64,000 nucleotides of DNA from an uncultured Dehalococcoidales bacterium (GTDB lineage Bacteria > Chloroflexota > Dehalococcoidia > Dehalococcoidales > BS750m-G39). Made by a program: the position numbers and the translations under genes. The stretch is taken from NCBI GenBank assembly GCA_964396965.1, contig CAYNGD010000008.1, positions 2,779 to 66,778 on the forward strand. The letters run 5' to 3'. Positions within the stretch are counted from its first letter, which is position 1; every line of letters begins with the position of its first letter. Shown here in pieces: positions 26,986-37,247 of the stretch. The notes under the pieces were generated by a model. It made no database searches. It was not told the origin of the DNA and saw nothing but the letters and a program-made list of their open reading frames with translations.

Positions 26986-28536
26986 CTAATGCCTGAAGTG
27001 CCTTTCGCCGGTAAAGACCATAGCGATGTTAGACTTATCAGCCGCCTTGATTGAGTCTTCGTCCCGAATCGAGCCGCCGGGCTGGACGATAGCGGTTACC
27101 CCGGCCTCAGCCGCCGCCTCGACGACATCGGAGAAGGGGAACATGGCGTCCGAGGCCAGGACGCTGCCCTTGACCTTATCCCCGGCCTTGTTGATGGCTA
27201 TCTGGGCGCTGATGATTCGGCTGGGCTGTCCCGCCCCCATCCCCAAAAGCGTCTTATCCTTGGCCAGCACGATGGCGTTGGACTTGATGTGCTTGACCGC
27301 CCTCCAGGCGAAGAGCAGGTCTCTGGTCTCCTCCGGCGTGGGCGGGCGTTTAGTCACCGTTTTCAGGTTGACCTTCGTCTCCGGCACCGAGTCAGATTTC
27401 TGGACGAGGAAGCCGCCCTTCACCCGGCGGAAATCTAGGTAGCCCGCCGGCGCTTTACCATAGTCCGGCGGCAGGGGGGTTAGCAGAATTCTTAAGTCCT
27501 TCTTGCGCTGGAGCAGCTTTAACGCCTCTTGCTCGTATCCCGGGGCGATGACTATCTCGTAGAAGACCGGCTTCATCGCTTCAGCCATGGCCAGCGTAAT
27601 TGTCCGGTTTGAGGCGACAATGCCGCCGAAGGCGGCCACTGAGTCGCCACTGAAGGCGCGCCGGTAGGCCTCGGCGATATCGTCGTAGCTGGCCAGCCCG
27701 CAGGGGTTGGTATGCTTGACAACGGCCACCGTGGGCGCGGCGAAGTCAGTCACCGCCCCCCAGGCGGCGTCGGCATCCAGAATATTGTTAAAGGAAAGCT
27801 CCTTGCCCCCCAGCTGCTCCGCCCAGGTGATGCCGGTGTCCACCGCCCCACCCACCGCCGGCTCGGCGTAGAAGGCGGCGGGCTGGTGGGGGTTCTCACC
27901 GTAGCGGAGGCCGTAGCGTTTCTTGAGGGCGATGGTCATATCCTCAGGGAAGCCCTCCATATCTTTCCTGAGATACCGGGCGATGGCGGTGTCATAGACC
28001 GCGGTGTGCTGGAAGGCCTTCTGCGCCAGCCTCTTGCGCTCAGGCATGTCAAGGCCTCCACCTTTTAGCTTTTCCAGTACCAGCGGATAATCGGCGGGGT
28101 CAACCACCACGATGACGCTGAGGAAGTTCTTGGCGGCCGCTCGGATCATGGTCGGCCCGCCGATGTCGATATTCTCCAGCGCCTCGTCGAGAGTAGCCCC
28201 CTCCTTGGCTACCGTCCGGACGAAGGGATAGAGGTTGACCGCCACCAGGTCGATCTCTTCGATTTTATGCTTTTTCAGCTCCTCCATGTGGGCGGCTATC
28301 TTGCGGTTGGCCAAGATGCCGCCGTGGACCACCGGGTGCAGCGTCTTCACCCGCCCGTCCAGAATCTCGGGAAAGCCGGTAATCTCGGAGATGCTCTTTA
28401 CCGGAACTTTAGCTTCGGCCAGCGCCTTCTTGGTGCCGCCGGTGGAGAACACCTCAAAGCCGAGCTGGCTCAAGCCCCTGGCGAAATCGGCCACCCCTGT
28501 TTTATCCGAGACACTGACAATAGCTCGCATGACCAT
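26986..28536 (-). CDS. purH: bifunctional AICAR transformylase / IMP cyclohydrolase
   Basis: RAIVSVSDKTGV, STGGT, VVKH.NPCG, C-terminal TGERHFRH. Confidence 0.95.
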   Translation of the reverse strand: MVMRAIVSVSDKTGVADFARGLSQLGFEVFSTGGTKKALAEAKVPVKSISEITGFPEILDGRVKTLHPVVHGGILANRKIAAHMEELKKHKIEEIDLVAVNLYPFVRTVAKEGATLDEALENIDIGGPTMIRAAAKNFLSVIVVVDPADYPLVLEKLKGGGLDMPERKRLAQKAFQHTAVYDTAIARYLRKDMEGFPEDMTIALKKRYGLRYGENPHQPAAFYAEPAVGGAVDTGITWAEQLGGKELSFNNILDADAAWGAVTDFAAPTVAVVKHTNPCGLASYDDIAEAYRRAFSGDSVAAFGGIVASNRTITLAMAEAMKPVFYEIVIAPGYEQEALKLLQRKKDLRILLTPLPPDYGKAPAGYLDFRRVKGGFLVQKSDSVPETKVNLKTVTKRPPTPEETRDLLFAWRAVKHIKSNAIVLAKDKTLLGMGAGQPSRIISAQIAINKAGDKVKGSVLASDAMFPFSDVVEAAAEAGVTAIVQPGGSIRDEDSIKAADKSNIAMVFTGERHFRH

Positions 28537-28542
28537 CTCCTT

Positions 28543-29604
28543 CTAGTTTATAACCACCCTCGCCTTTCCTTTCTGCTTTACCACCTCACCGATAACTTTG
28601 GCCTCGGGCAGTGCCCTAGTAATACTGGCAACATCGCCCTTAGCACAGATTACAGCCATGCCGATGCCCATATTAAAGACTTTATACATTTCGTCACGGT
28701 CAACGTTGCCCCGCTTTTGAATAAGCTCAAAAATTGGAGGTATCGACCAGCTTTGGCTGTCAAAGTTAGCCGCCAGGCCTTCGGGTAGGACGCGGGGAAC
28801 ATTACCAATGAGGCCGCCGCCGGTGATATGGGCCAATCCCTTAACAACCGAAAGCAGCGGCTTAAGCTGGCGGTAGTAGCTGCGGTGGGGCTCCAGAAGC
28901 GCCTCGCCCAGGGTGCGGCCCAGCTCTGGATAGTGTTTGTTCAACACCGCTCTGGTCTCGCCGAAAATCCTCCTGACCAGGGAGTAGCCGTTGGTGTGCA
29001 GCCCGCTTGAGGGCAGGCCGATGATGGCATCGCCGGCGGCTATCTTCTTCCCCAAGATAATCCCGGACTTTTCCACCACCCCGATAATAAAGCCGACCAG
29101 GTCATAGTCCCCGCCGGAATACAGGCCGGGCATCTCCGCCGTCTCGCCGCCGATGAGGGCGCAGCCGGCCTCAAGACAGGCAGAAGCCAGCCCTTTAGCA
29201 ATCTCCTCTACCTGCTCCGGGTTCAGTTTGCCGGCGGCGATATAGTCCAGAAAGAAGAGAGGCTCGGCGCCGCAGCTGAGGATGTCGTTGACGCAGTGAT
29301 TGACGATATCAATGCCGACGGTGTCATGCTTACCCAGCGCCGAGGCCAGCTTGAGCTTGGTGCCCACCCCGTCAACGCTGGAGACCAGAACCGGCTCTCT
29401 ATAGCCCTTGAACTCAAAGAGCCCGCCGAAAAAGCCCACGCCGGAGAGGACCTCAGGGCGCTGGGTGGAGCGGGCCTGCCGGGCAATCAGCTCCTTGGCC
29501 CTGGCGGCAACCTCAATATCTACCCCGCTGGCGGCATAGGTCTCTTTAATCGGCTTGCCCTCCTGATGGTGAAAATAATAACACTTAAGCTGACCCGGAC
29601 GCAA
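28543..29604 (-). CDS. purM: phosphoribosylformylglycinamidine cyclo-ligase
   Basis: TYAASGVDI, DGVGTK, LFFLDY, HITGGG. The listed start is TTG and the exact start is uncertain. Confidence 0.9.
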   Translation of the reverse strand: MRPGQLKCYYFHHQEGKPIKETYAASGVDIEVAARAKELIARQARSTQRPEVLSGVGFFGGLFEFKGYREPVLVSSVDGVGTKLKLASALGKHDTVGIDIVNHCVNDILSCGAEPLFFLDYIAAGKLNPEQVEEIAKGLASACLEAGCALIGGETAEMPGLYSGGDYDLVGFIIGVVEKSGIILGKKIAAGDAIIGLPSSGLHTNGYSLVRRIFGETRAVLNKHYPELGRTLGEALLEPHRSYYRQLKPLLSVVKGLAHITGGGLIGNVPRVLPEGLAANFDSQSWSIPPIFELIQKRGNVDRDEMYKVFNMGIGMAVICAKGDVASITRALPEAKVIGEVVKQKGKARVVIN

Positions 29605-29632
29605 TCACATAAGAAGAGCGGTGTGCTTAAGG

Positions 29633-31048
29633 CTACTTTATGCCAAAGCGGCTGTAATCGGCCGAGGGCTTGGACTCCAGCGCCAGCTTGTCCATCTCCA
29701 GCTGGACCGGAACCGGGTAATCGCCGGTGAAGCAGGCCAGACAGAAGACATCCCGGGGCAGGCCCACCGCCTTAATCAGCCCGTCGATGCTCAAGTAGCC
29801 CAGGGAGTCGGCACCGATAAAGTCCTTAACCTCGGGCACTGTCTTCCGGGCGGCAATAAGCTCCCAGCGGGTGGCCATGTCTACACCGAAGAAGCAGGGG
29901 AAGCGGATGGGCGGGGCACAGATGCGTACGTGTACCTCTTTAGCCCCCGCTCTCCTCAAGAGCTCAACTATTTTGGGGGTGGTGGTGCCTCGGACAATGC
30001 TGTCGTCAATAACCACCAGGCGCTGGCCGCTCAGCAGCTGGGGGAGGGGGTTAAACTTCAGCTTAACGCCGAGGTCCCTGATGCGCTGGTCGGGCTCGAT
30101 GAAGGTGCGGCCTACATAGCGGTTCTTGAGCAGGCCCTCGCAGAGCGGTATCCCCGAATAACGGGAGTAGCCAATAGCGGCGGCGGTCGCCGAATCAGGC
30201 ACGCCCATAACCAGGTCGGCCTCAACCGGGTGCTCCTGGGCCAGAACCTCGCCCATCGCCTGCCGCGCCGGGTAGAGCAGGCGGCTGTTAATCACCGAAT
30301 CGGGGCGGGCGAAGTAGATATACTCAAAGATACAGATGGCTTTTCTCTCTATCTCCTCCCGCTCACTCTTGACCCCGTCCTTGGAGATAGAGACAATCTC
30401 GCCGGGCTCAATCTCCCTGATGAAACTGGCGCCGATATGGTCGAGGGCGCAGCTCTCCGAGGCGATAACCCAGCCGCCGTTGAGCTTACCCAGGCAGAGG
30501 GGGCGGACGCCGAAGGGGTCACGAACGCCGTAAAGGGTGTCCTCGGTGAGCAGGGCCAGGGAGTAGGCCCCCTGGAGGCGGTGCATGGCGTAGCGTATCC
30601 GGTCCTCCCAGCGCTTCTCCGGCGAGGAGAGGATGAGGTTGGCGATAACCTCGGTATCGGTGGAGGTATTGAAGACATAGCCCTGGTCGGAGAGCTCCTG
30701 GTGAAGGTGCTCGGCGTTGACGATGTTGCCGTTGTGGGCGATAGCGATAGAACTGGAGTCTCTGCCCACCAGAAGGGGCTGGGCGTTGGCCTTGCGGCTG
30801 GAGCCCCTGGTGGAGTAGCGGTTGTGACCGATGGCAAAATCACCGGTAAGCCGGCTTAATGAGGCCTCGTCAAACGCCTGGGAGACCAGTCCCATCCTGG
30901 CATCAACCTGGAGCCGATTACCGTCGCTGGTGGCGATGCCAGCGCTCTCCTGGCCGCGGTGCTGGAGGGCGAACAAAGCAAAAAAGGTAAGCCGAGCTAC
31001 ATCTTCGCCAGGGGCGTAAACACCAAAAACGCCGCAACTTTCGTGCAA
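29633..31048 (-). CDS. purF: amidophosphoribosyltransferase
   Basis: MHESCGVFGV Ntn-Cys N-terminus, LQHRGQESAGI, VVIDDSIVRGTT PRPP motif. TTG start. Confidence 0.95.
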   Translation of the reverse strand: MHESCGVFGVYAPGEDVARLTFFALFALQHRGQESAGIATSDGNRLQVDARMGLVSQAFDEASLSRLTGDFAIGHNRYSTRGSSRKANAQPLLVGRDSSSIAIAHNGNIVNAEHLHQELSDQGYVFNTSTDTEVIANLILSSPEKRWEDRIRYAMHRLQGAYSLALLTEDTLYGVRDPFGVRPLCLGKLNGGWVIASESCALDHIGASFIREIEPGEIVSISKDGVKSEREEIERKAICIFEYIYFARPDSVINSRLLYPARQAMGEVLAQEHPVEADLVMGVPDSATAAAIGYSRYSGIPLCEGLLKNRYVGRTFIEPDQRIRDLGVKLKFNPLPQLLSGQRLVVIDDSIVRGTTTPKIVELLRRAGAKEVHVRICAPPIRFPCFFGVDMATRWELIAARKTVPEVKDFIGADSLGYLSIDGLIKAVGLPRDVFCLACFTGDYPVPVQLEMDKLALESKPSADYSRFGIK

Positions 31049-31069
31049 CTCTGCCTGCCTCGCAATTTA

Positions 31070-31099
31070 ATTATAACCTAGTCCCTGCCTGGAGGTCAA
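31070..31099 (-). promoter_or_regulatory. sigma-70-type promoter upstream of purF
   Basis: Minus strand reads TTGACC (31094-31099) - 18 nt - TATAAT (31070-31075). Confidence 0.55.
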
Positions 31100-31100
31100 T

Positions 31101-31859
31101 TTATTTTAGGAGTGTCTTCAACCAGTCTATAACCACCGCCATCGCCTGTTGGCTGTGCCTCAGGCGGTGTCCCACCCCCTCAATAATGACCAGCTGCTTG
31201 GGCTGGCCGGCCTTGGCATAGAGCCGGCGGGCATGGCTGATGTCAACGACCTCATCACGGCTGCCGTGCACCAGCAGCAGGGGGCGGGGAGAAATCCTAT
31301 CTATATAGTCGATTGGTTTAACTATCTCGAAGCCCCTCAACCACTCTTGTGGGGAAGCGGGAAAATCATCATCCCGGATGGCACCGATTTCACGGTAGTG
31401 GTCAATCAAAGAACGGGGGTCATCATTTTTGCTAAAGAGGTCGAACTCGGCGGGGCAGGCGCAGGCCGCCACCGCAGATACCCGCTCGTCCTGTGCCGCC
31501 AGATAGACCGAGACCGCCGCCCCGGCGCTGAAACCCAGCAGACAAAGACAAGACTCATCCACCTCAGGTAAAGCTACCAGGTAGGCAACCACCGCTCTGA
31601 GGTCCCTGGCCCAGCCCGGCATATTCAGGTTGCCGCCGCTGGCCCCGGCCCCCCGGAAGTTAAAGATAAAAACGGCAAAACCGTGCCCGGAGACCTGCTC
31701 CGCCAGCGAGGCATAGCCCCGGTCGTTGGGGTCGGGTATGCCGGCGGGGATGCCGTGGCAGGCGCAGACCATAGGCCAGGGCGCTTTACCCTCGGGGAGA
31801 TAGAGCCGCCCGGCGATAGTTATGCCGTCCACCTTAAGTATAACCGGCTCGATTTTCAC
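31101..31859 (-). CDS. alpha/beta hydrolase (dienelactone hydrolase / S9-like)
   Basis: GFSAGAA nucleophile elbow, HGSRDEVV, GVGHRL. Confidence 0.7.
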   Translation of the reverse strand: MKIEPVILKVDGITIAGRLYLPEGKAPWPMVCACHGIPAGIPDPNDRGYASLAEQVSGHGFAVFIFNFRGAGASGGNLNMPGWARDLRAVVAYLVALPEVDESCLCLLGFSAGAAVSVYLAAQDERVSAVAACACPAEFDLFSKNDDPRSLIDHYREIGAIRDDDFPASPQEWLRGFEIVKPIDYIDRISPRPLLLVHGSRDEVVDISHARRLYAKAGQPKQLVIIEGVGHRLRHSQQAMAVVIDWLKTLLK

Positions 31860-32596
31860 CAGGCCAGCCTCAGGAGGAGGAAAAACTCGGTATTGCCCTC
31901 GGCGCCCACTATCGGCGAGGCCACCAGCCCCCCCAGCCTGAAGCCGTGGTCGGCCACCCAGGCGATAAACCGCCCCAGCACCCGGGCGTGCACCAGCGGC
32001 TTTTTGATTACACCACCCTTGCCCACCTCGCCGCGCCTGGCCTCAAACTGCGGCTTGAGCAAAACCAGCAGATAGCCATCGTCGTTGAGCAGCTGGACTA
32101 CCGAGGGTATCACCTTCTCCACCGAGATAAAAGAAAGGTCAACGGTGGCCAGGTCAACCTTCTCCGGTAGCGAGATGGGGTAGCGGGCGTTCACCCGCTC
32201 CAGGACCACCACCCTTTTGTCCCGCCTCAGGCGGTAGTCAAGCTGGCCGTAGCCGACATCTATGGCATAGACACGACCCGTCCCGCGTTTAAGCAGGCAG
32301 TCGGTAAAGCCGCCGGTAGAGGCGCCGATATCGGCGGCTATTTTAGAGGAGACATCTAGCTGAAACCGGTCAAGGGCGTAGTCGAGCTTAATGCCACCCC
32401 GGCTGACGAAAGGGGGCGGCTGGAGGACGGTAATCTCCGCATCTTCGGCTACCAGCATCCCCGGCTTGATAACGGTCTTGCCCCCCATAACCACCTCGCC
32501 GGCCATGACCAGGGCCTGGGCTTTGGCCCGGCTCTCCGCCAGGCCCCTCTCCACCAGCAGGCTGTCGATTCTGCGTTTGGCCACGCTGGTTATCAT
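31856..32596 (-). CDS. tlyA: TlyA-family rRNA 2'-O-methyltransferase
   Basis: S4 domain RRIDSLLVERGLAESRAKAQALV, FtsJ-like DIGASTGGFTD. Confidence 0.85.
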   Translation of the reverse strand: MITSVAKRRIDSLLVERGLAESRAKAQALVMAGEVVMGGKTVIKPGMLVAEDAEITVLQPPPFVSRGGIKLDYALDRFQLDVSSKIAADIGASTGGFTDCLLKRGTGRVYAIDVGYGQLDYRLRRDKRVVVLERVNARYPISLPEKVDLATVDLSFISVEKVIPSVVQLLNDDGYLLVLLKPQFEARRGEVGKGGVIKKPLVHARVLGRFIAWVADHGFRLGGLVASPIVGAEGNTEFFLLLRLAW

Positions 32597-32660
32597 AGCA
32601 ACCCAAAAGACTTAAAGCAAGAAATAGACACAGCCACCCTATATCTAGTAACATTACAGT

Positions 32661-33389
32661 ATGGAGAGCAAACTGTACCAGACCATCAGGGGAAAATTCA
32701 TCAAGCTGATAAAAGAGAACGAGCTTGAGGGGGAGAAGGTCATCGTCCGGGCGGCCGCCCTCTCCCCGGAGCAGGCCATCGGCAATCCAGAGGACAGAGA
32801 CTACCCGATAGTTAAAGGGGTGGAGCGGCTGATGCAGGCCGAGTTCAGGGAAGCTAAAGGGCAGGCCTTCACTGACCGCTACGGTAACTTCAGCGGGCGG
32901 CTGGCTGACATCGCCGCTATGGAGCTAAAAAACAACTTCCGCCGGGCGGTGTTTATCTCCAGCCTCAACGCCGTGATGAGGCAGCTGGGGATGATAGACC
33001 ATACGGTGCACTGTAAAGATAATCAGCCGAGGGAATGCAGCCTTGAGCTGGTAAAATACATCGAGACAAACTACGGCCAGCCCAAGATAGCTATGGTCGG
33101 CTTTCAGCCCAGAATGGTGGAGGCGCTGGCCGGGAGGTTCGAGCTGCGGGTAACCGACATGGACGCGGAGAACATCGGCCGGGAGAGGTTCGGGATAACT
33201 GTAGACGACCCCGCCCAGACCGGGGAGAACCTGGACTGGTGCGATATCGCCCTGGTCACCGGCACCACCATCGTCAACGGCACCATTGGGCAGTTCGGGA
33301 TAACCAAGCCGGTGGTGTTCTACGGTGTCACCATATCGGGAGCGGCTAGGCTAGCGGGCCTGAACCGCTTCTGCCCAATGAGTAGTTAA
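32661..33389 (+). CDS. DUF364/DUF4213-like Rossmann-like protein (tentative)
   Basis: 242 aa. IAMVGF.P....L...FELRV.D......CDIALVTGTTIVNGT resembles the putative chelatase-like DUF364 family. From memory only. Confidence 0.4.
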   Translation: MESKLYQTIRGKFIKLIKENELEGEKVIVRAAALSPEQAIGNPEDRDYPIVKGVERLMQAEFREAKGQAFTDRYGNFSGRLADIAAMELKNNFRRAVFISSLNAVMRQLGMIDHTVHCKDNQPRECSLELVKYIETNYGQPKIAMVGFQPRMVEALAGRFELRVTDMDAENIGRERFGITVDDPAQTGENLDWCDIALVTGTTIVNGTIGQFGITKPVVFYGVTISGAARLAGLNRFCPMSS

Positions 33390-33441
33390 TTAGTACCATG
33401 ACCGTTGAGATGCCGCCTTCCGGGGGCTAAAATTTTTCCAA

Positions 33442-34377
33442 ATGAACTTTTTTAAAGCCTTCGGGCTGGCTGTGCTGGGCATCCTTTTATTTCTCTCCCT
33501 ATCCTTTTTCGGGCTGATGTTCACCATCAACCAGACCTTTCTCAACCCAGATTTCACCGCCTCTCAACTGGAAAAGCTCGATACCGCCTCACTGGCCAAG
33601 GATATTGTTAGCGGCCAGATACTGTCCCAGGCGACCGTCCCCACCATGCTGCCCATAGAAGCGTCCTTTACCGGGGCGGTAGACGAGACCATCACCGACC
33701 TGAAACCGTGGATCAACGAGCAGATTAAAAAGATTACCTACTCCTTCTATGACTACCTGGAGGGAAAGAGCCAAAGTTTAAGCGTGGTAATCCCGCTGGA
33801 GCCGGTAAAAGAACAGCTACAAAATAACATCAGCCAGTCGGTGATAACCTCGCCGCCGCCGGGGCTTACCGACCTGCCCCCTGCCACGATAGAGCGTTAT
33901 CTAGAGCCGTTCTATGCCCAGATACCGTCGTCTTTCGTGCTTAACGAGGCGTGGCTCGGCCCGCAGAACATGGCCCAGATTGACCAGCTGAGGCAGATTG
34001 TCAGCCACTTCGACACCGTTTACTATGCCCTTATTGGCTTTATCCTCTTTCTGATTCTGGTCATTATACTGATAAACCACGAGGTTAGAGGCAGCACCCG
34101 CTCTCTGGGCGCCACTTTCCTCAGCTGCGGCATCGTCAGCTACGGTAGCGTCTGGCTGGCCAACTATGTCATCGGGACACAGTCAGTCCTGCCTCAGGTG
34201 CCGGTCTACCTTCAGAGTTGGTTGCCCCAGCTAATAGCTGACATCCTGTCCCCCCTGGGGCTGTACAGCCTGGTGCTGGCCGGGGTAGGGGTAGTCCTGC
34301 TCATCGTATCTTTTGCCTACCGGCGCAGGCTTAATACCGAAGCCCGGGCTTTCCCGGTTATGTCAACTAATCCTTAA
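33442..34377 (+). CDS. hypothetical membrane protein
   Basis: N-terminal TM, a soluble segment of about 170 aa, then 3-4 C-terminal TMs. No family recognised. Confidence 0.45.
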   Translation: MNFFKAFGLAVLGILLFLSLSFFGLMFTINQTFLNPDFTASQLEKLDTASLAKDIVSGQILSQATVPTMLPIEASFTGAVDETITDLKPWINEQIKKITYSFYDYLEGKSQSLSVVIPLEPVKEQLQNNISQSVITSPPPGLTDLPPATIERYLEPFYAQIPSSFVLNEAWLGPQNMAQIDQLRQIVSHFDTVYYALIGFILFLILVIILINHEVRGSTRSLGATFLSCGIVSYGSVWLANYVIGTQSVLPQVPVYLQSWLPQLIADILSPLGLYSLVLAGVGVVLLIVSFAYRRRLNTEARAFPVMSTNP

Positions 34378-34772
34378 GTCTTCCCGGAAGGCCTTTCCCG
34401 CCTTACGATCAGCTTAAGCCCCCCCTGCCCGACCACGACAACATCGGTGCCGGCGCTTATCCTCCTGCCTTCCGCTCTCGCCTCCCACAGTTCCCCCTTT
34501 ATCCTGACGGTACCCTCCGGAGCCAGATCGCTGACCGCCCTGCCCTTAACACCGACCATATCGCTCAGGCCGACCACCGGCTTCCTGGCCAGGGCGCGGC
34601 TGCCCAGACGGTAGGTGGTGATAGCGTAGGCGGCCAGCGCCGCCATCAGAGCGACGAGGACGCCGATGTGCAGGTTTATCCCCAGCGCGGGCAGGACCCA
34701 GAGCACTACCGCCGCCAGCGCCGCCTCCTCGATGAGGGTGGTTACTATGGCTACTATCAGGCGGGTGGTCAT
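34374..34772 (-). CDS. NfeD-family protein (short form)
   Basis: Two N-terminal TMs plus a C-terminal OB-like segment GRAVSDLAPEGTVRIKGELWEARAEG..I..G..V.VV. Confidence 0.7.
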   Translation of the reverse strand: MTTRLIVAIVTTLIEEAALAAVVLWVLPALGINLHIGVLVALMAALAAYAITTYRLGSRALARKPVVGLSDMVGVKGRAVSDLAPEGTVRIKGELWEARAEGRRISAGTDVVVVGQGGLKLIVRRERPSGKT

Positions 34773-34781
34773 CTTGGTTTT

Positions 34782-34790
34782 ATTATAGCA
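34782..34790 (-). promoter_or_regulatory. extended -10 TGCTATAAT 9 nt upstream of nfeD ATG (leaderless candidate)
   Basis: Plus-strand attatagca at 34782-34790. Confidence 0.5.
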
Positions 34791-34828
34791 GGGTGGGGGA
34801 GGATTTTTATCAAAGTGACCCCCTTTTG

Positions 34829-34858
34829 TTGCCTGCCCTCGAATGCCAGTGCTATAAT
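34829..34858 (+). promoter_or_regulatory. promoter with extended -10 (TTGCCT-N18-TGC-overlapped TATAAT) 9 nt upstream of gatC ATG (leaderless candidate)
   Basis: TGCTATAAT at 34850-34858, ATG at 34868, no SD. Confidence 0.5.
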
Positions 34859-34867
34859 TAGCCCATT

Positions 34868-35155
34868 ATGAAGCTAAGCCGTGAAGAAGTACTGCATATT
34901 GCCAAACTGGCCCGGGTGGGCGTCACCGACGAAGACGTGGAAAGGCTGCGCGAGCAGCTGTCCGACATCTTGGAGAACTTCGAGATACTGCAGCAGGTGG
35001 ACACCACCGATATCCCCCCCACCGCCCAGCCCAACCCCCTCCAGAACGTGACCAAAGACGACCAGGTGGCCAAATCGCTGCCGCCGGAGCAGGTCCTGGC
35101 CAACGCCCCCAAAAAAGAGGGGGAGTACTTCCGGGTGAAGGCGGTGCTGGAATGA
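34868..35155 (+). CDS. gatC: Asp/Glu-tRNA amidotransferase subunit C
   Basis: MKLSREEVLHIAKLARVGVTDEDVERL... Confidence 0.9.
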   Translation: MKLSREEVLHIAKLARVGVTDEDVERLREQLSDILENFEILQQVDTTDIPPTAQPNPLQNVTKDDQVAKSLPPEQVLANAPKKEGEYFRVKAVLE

Positions 35156-35775
35156 CATCGCACCGGCTGACCATACACGAAGGCCTTTGGCTTGAGTACT
35201 TTACCATTGCTTATAATATCCTTGAGGCCGCTGCCTCGATTATACTCGGAGCTATCGCCGGCAGCATCGCCTTAATCGGATTCGGACTTGATAGTATCGT
35301 CGAATCGCTGTCCGGCGGGGTTCTGATCTGGCGACTGAGACGCCATGGGAAAATATCGGAAGAGGCCGAGGAGAGACTGGAAAAGAGGGCAACCAGGTTC
35401 GTTGCCATCACCTTCTTTATACTCGGATTCTATATCCTATTTGAATCCATAAATAAGCTGGTGCTGGCCGAAATTCCCGAGCCTTCTCTAGGGGGGATCA
35501 TAATAGCGGTGGTTTCGATAGTTGTCATGCCTTTATTAATGTGGCAGAAATACAAAACTGGACAAGCAATAAACAGCCGGGCACTGGTCGCCGACTCTAA
35601 GGAGACGCTGGCCTGCGCTTTCCTTTCCCTGGCCCTGCTGCTGGGCTTGGGAGTAAACTACCTTTTTGGTCTCTGGCAGGCAGACCCGACAGTGGGGTTA
35701 GTAATCGTGGCATTCCTGTTCTGGGAAGGCGGAGAAAGCTGGAAGGAGGCTAAGGATAATAGAGTTGCCAGTTAA
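35152..35775 (+). CDS. cation-diffusion-facilitator-like membrane protein (TM domain only)
   Basis: 6 predicted TMs. [32 protein letters not shown] and [12 protein letters not shown] resemble Cation_efflux TM2/TM5 motifs. No cytoplasmic C-terminal domain. ATGA overlap with gatC and 11-nt overlap with gatA. Confidence 0.6.
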   Translation: MTSHRLTIHEGLWLEYFTIAYNILEAAASIILGAIAGSIALIGFGLDSIVESLSGGVLIWRLRRHGKISEEAEERLEKRATRFVAITFFILGFYILFESINKLVLAEIPEPSLGGIIIAVVSIVVMPLLMWQKYKTGQAINSRALVADSKETLACAFLSLALLLGLGVNYLFGLWQADPTVGLVIVAFLFWEGGESWKEAKDNRVAS

Positions 35776-37228
35776 AAATAACCAGTTGACCATCAATGAA
35801 GCACACCAGTTACTAAAAGATAAAAAGCTGTCCTCGGTGGAGCTGACCAGAGCCTGCCTGAAGCGGGTTAAAGAGGTGGAACCGAAGGTCAAGGCCTTTG
35901 TTACCGTTACCGAGGATCTGGCCCTAAAACAGGCCGAAAAGGCCGATAAGCGCATCGCCAGGGGCGATATAAAGCCCCTCACCGGCGTGCCGGTGGTAAT
36001 CAAGGACGTCCTCTGCACCAAAGGGATAAAGACCACCTGCTCATCCAAGATGCTTCAGAATTTTGTCCCCCCCTATGATGCCACCGTGGTCGAAAAATTA
36101 AACTCGCTGGGGGCAGTGACCATCGGCAAGGCCAACATGGACGAGTTCGCCATGGGTTCTTCCACCGAGCACTCCGCCTTCTTCCCCACCCACAACCCCT
36201 GGGACTTAGAGCGCGTTCCAGGCGGCTCCAGCGGCGGCTCGGCGGTGGCGGTGGCCGCCGACGAGGGCATCTACGCCTTAGGCTCGGACACCGGCGGCAG
36301 TATAAGGCAGCCCGCCGGCTTCTGCAGCGTGGTCGGCCTAAAGCCCACCTACGGGAGGGTCAGCCGCTACGGGTTGGTCGCCTTCGCCAGCTCGCTTGAC
36401 CAGATCGGCCCGCTGACCAAGGACGTCACCGACTGCGCCCTGGTGATGAACGCCATCGCCGGCTTCGACAACAGGGACTCAACCTCGGTGCCCCAGCCCG
36501 TCCCCGACTACACCCAGGCTTTGAGCACCGACCTCAAGGGGCTTAAATTGGGCGTGCCCAAAGAGTATTTCGTCAAGGGGATGCAGGCTGAGGTAGAGAA
36601 GGCCTTAAAAGAGTCCATCAAAAAGCTGGAGGAACTGGGGGCTGAAATAGATTGGGAGGCAACCCTCCCCCACACCCCCCACGCCCTGGCCGTCTACTAT
36701 ATCATCGCCCCCTCGGAGGCCTCGGCCAACCTGGCTCGCTACGACGGGGTCAAGTACGGCTTCTCCTACCAGGAGGCCGACAGCATGTGGGACGCCATGG
36801 AAAAGACCAGGCAGTACGGCTTCGGCGAGGAGGTCAAACGGCGAATTATGCTCGGCACCTACGCCCTCTCCGCCGGCTACTACGACGCCTACTACCTCAA
36901 GGCCCAGAAGGTACGTACCCTCATCCGGCGCGAGTTCGACCAGGCCTTCCAGAAATACGACGCCCTGGTAACCCCCACCTCCCCCACCGTTCCCTTTAAA
37001 CTCGGCGAGAAACTGGACGACCCGGTGCAGATGTACCTTAGTGATGTCTGCACCCTGCCCATCAACATCGCCGGCGTGCCCGGCATCTCCATCCCCGCCA
37101 GCTTCGCTGGCGGCCTGCCCATCGGCATGCAGCTCATCGGCAAGCCCTTCGGTGAGGAAGCTATATTAAGAGTCGCCTACGCCTACGAGCAGGCTACGGA
37201 GTGGCATAAGCAGAAGCCTGACATCTAA
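35765..37228 (+). CDS. gatA: Asp/Glu-tRNA amidotransferase subunit A
   Basis: Amidase signature [28 protein letters not shown] start. Confidence 0.95.
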   Translation: MPVKNNQLTINEAHQLLKDKKLSSVELTRACLKRVKEVEPKVKAFVTVTEDLALKQAEKADKRIARGDIKPLTGVPVVIKDVLCTKGIKTTCSSKMLQNFVPPYDATVVEKLNSLGAVTIGKANMDEFAMGSSTEHSAFFPTHNPWDLERVPGGSSGGSAVAVAADEGIYALGSDTGGSIRQPAGFCSVVGLKPTYGRVSRYGLVAFASSLDQIGPLTKDVTDCALVMNAIAGFDNRDSTSVPQPVPDYTQALSTDLKGLKLGVPKEYFVKGMQAEVEKALKESIKKLEELGAEIDWEATLPHTPHALAVYYIIAPSEASANLARYDGVKYGFSYQEADSMWDAMEKTRQYGFGEEVKRRIMLGTYALSAGYYDAYYLKAQKVRTLIRREFDQAFQKYDALVTPTSPTVPFKLGEKLDDPVQMYLSDVCTLPINIAGVPGISIPASFAGGLPIGMQLIGKPFGEEAILRVAYAYEQATEWHKQKPDI

Positions 37229-37247
37229 TATTAGCAAGGGGAATGCT

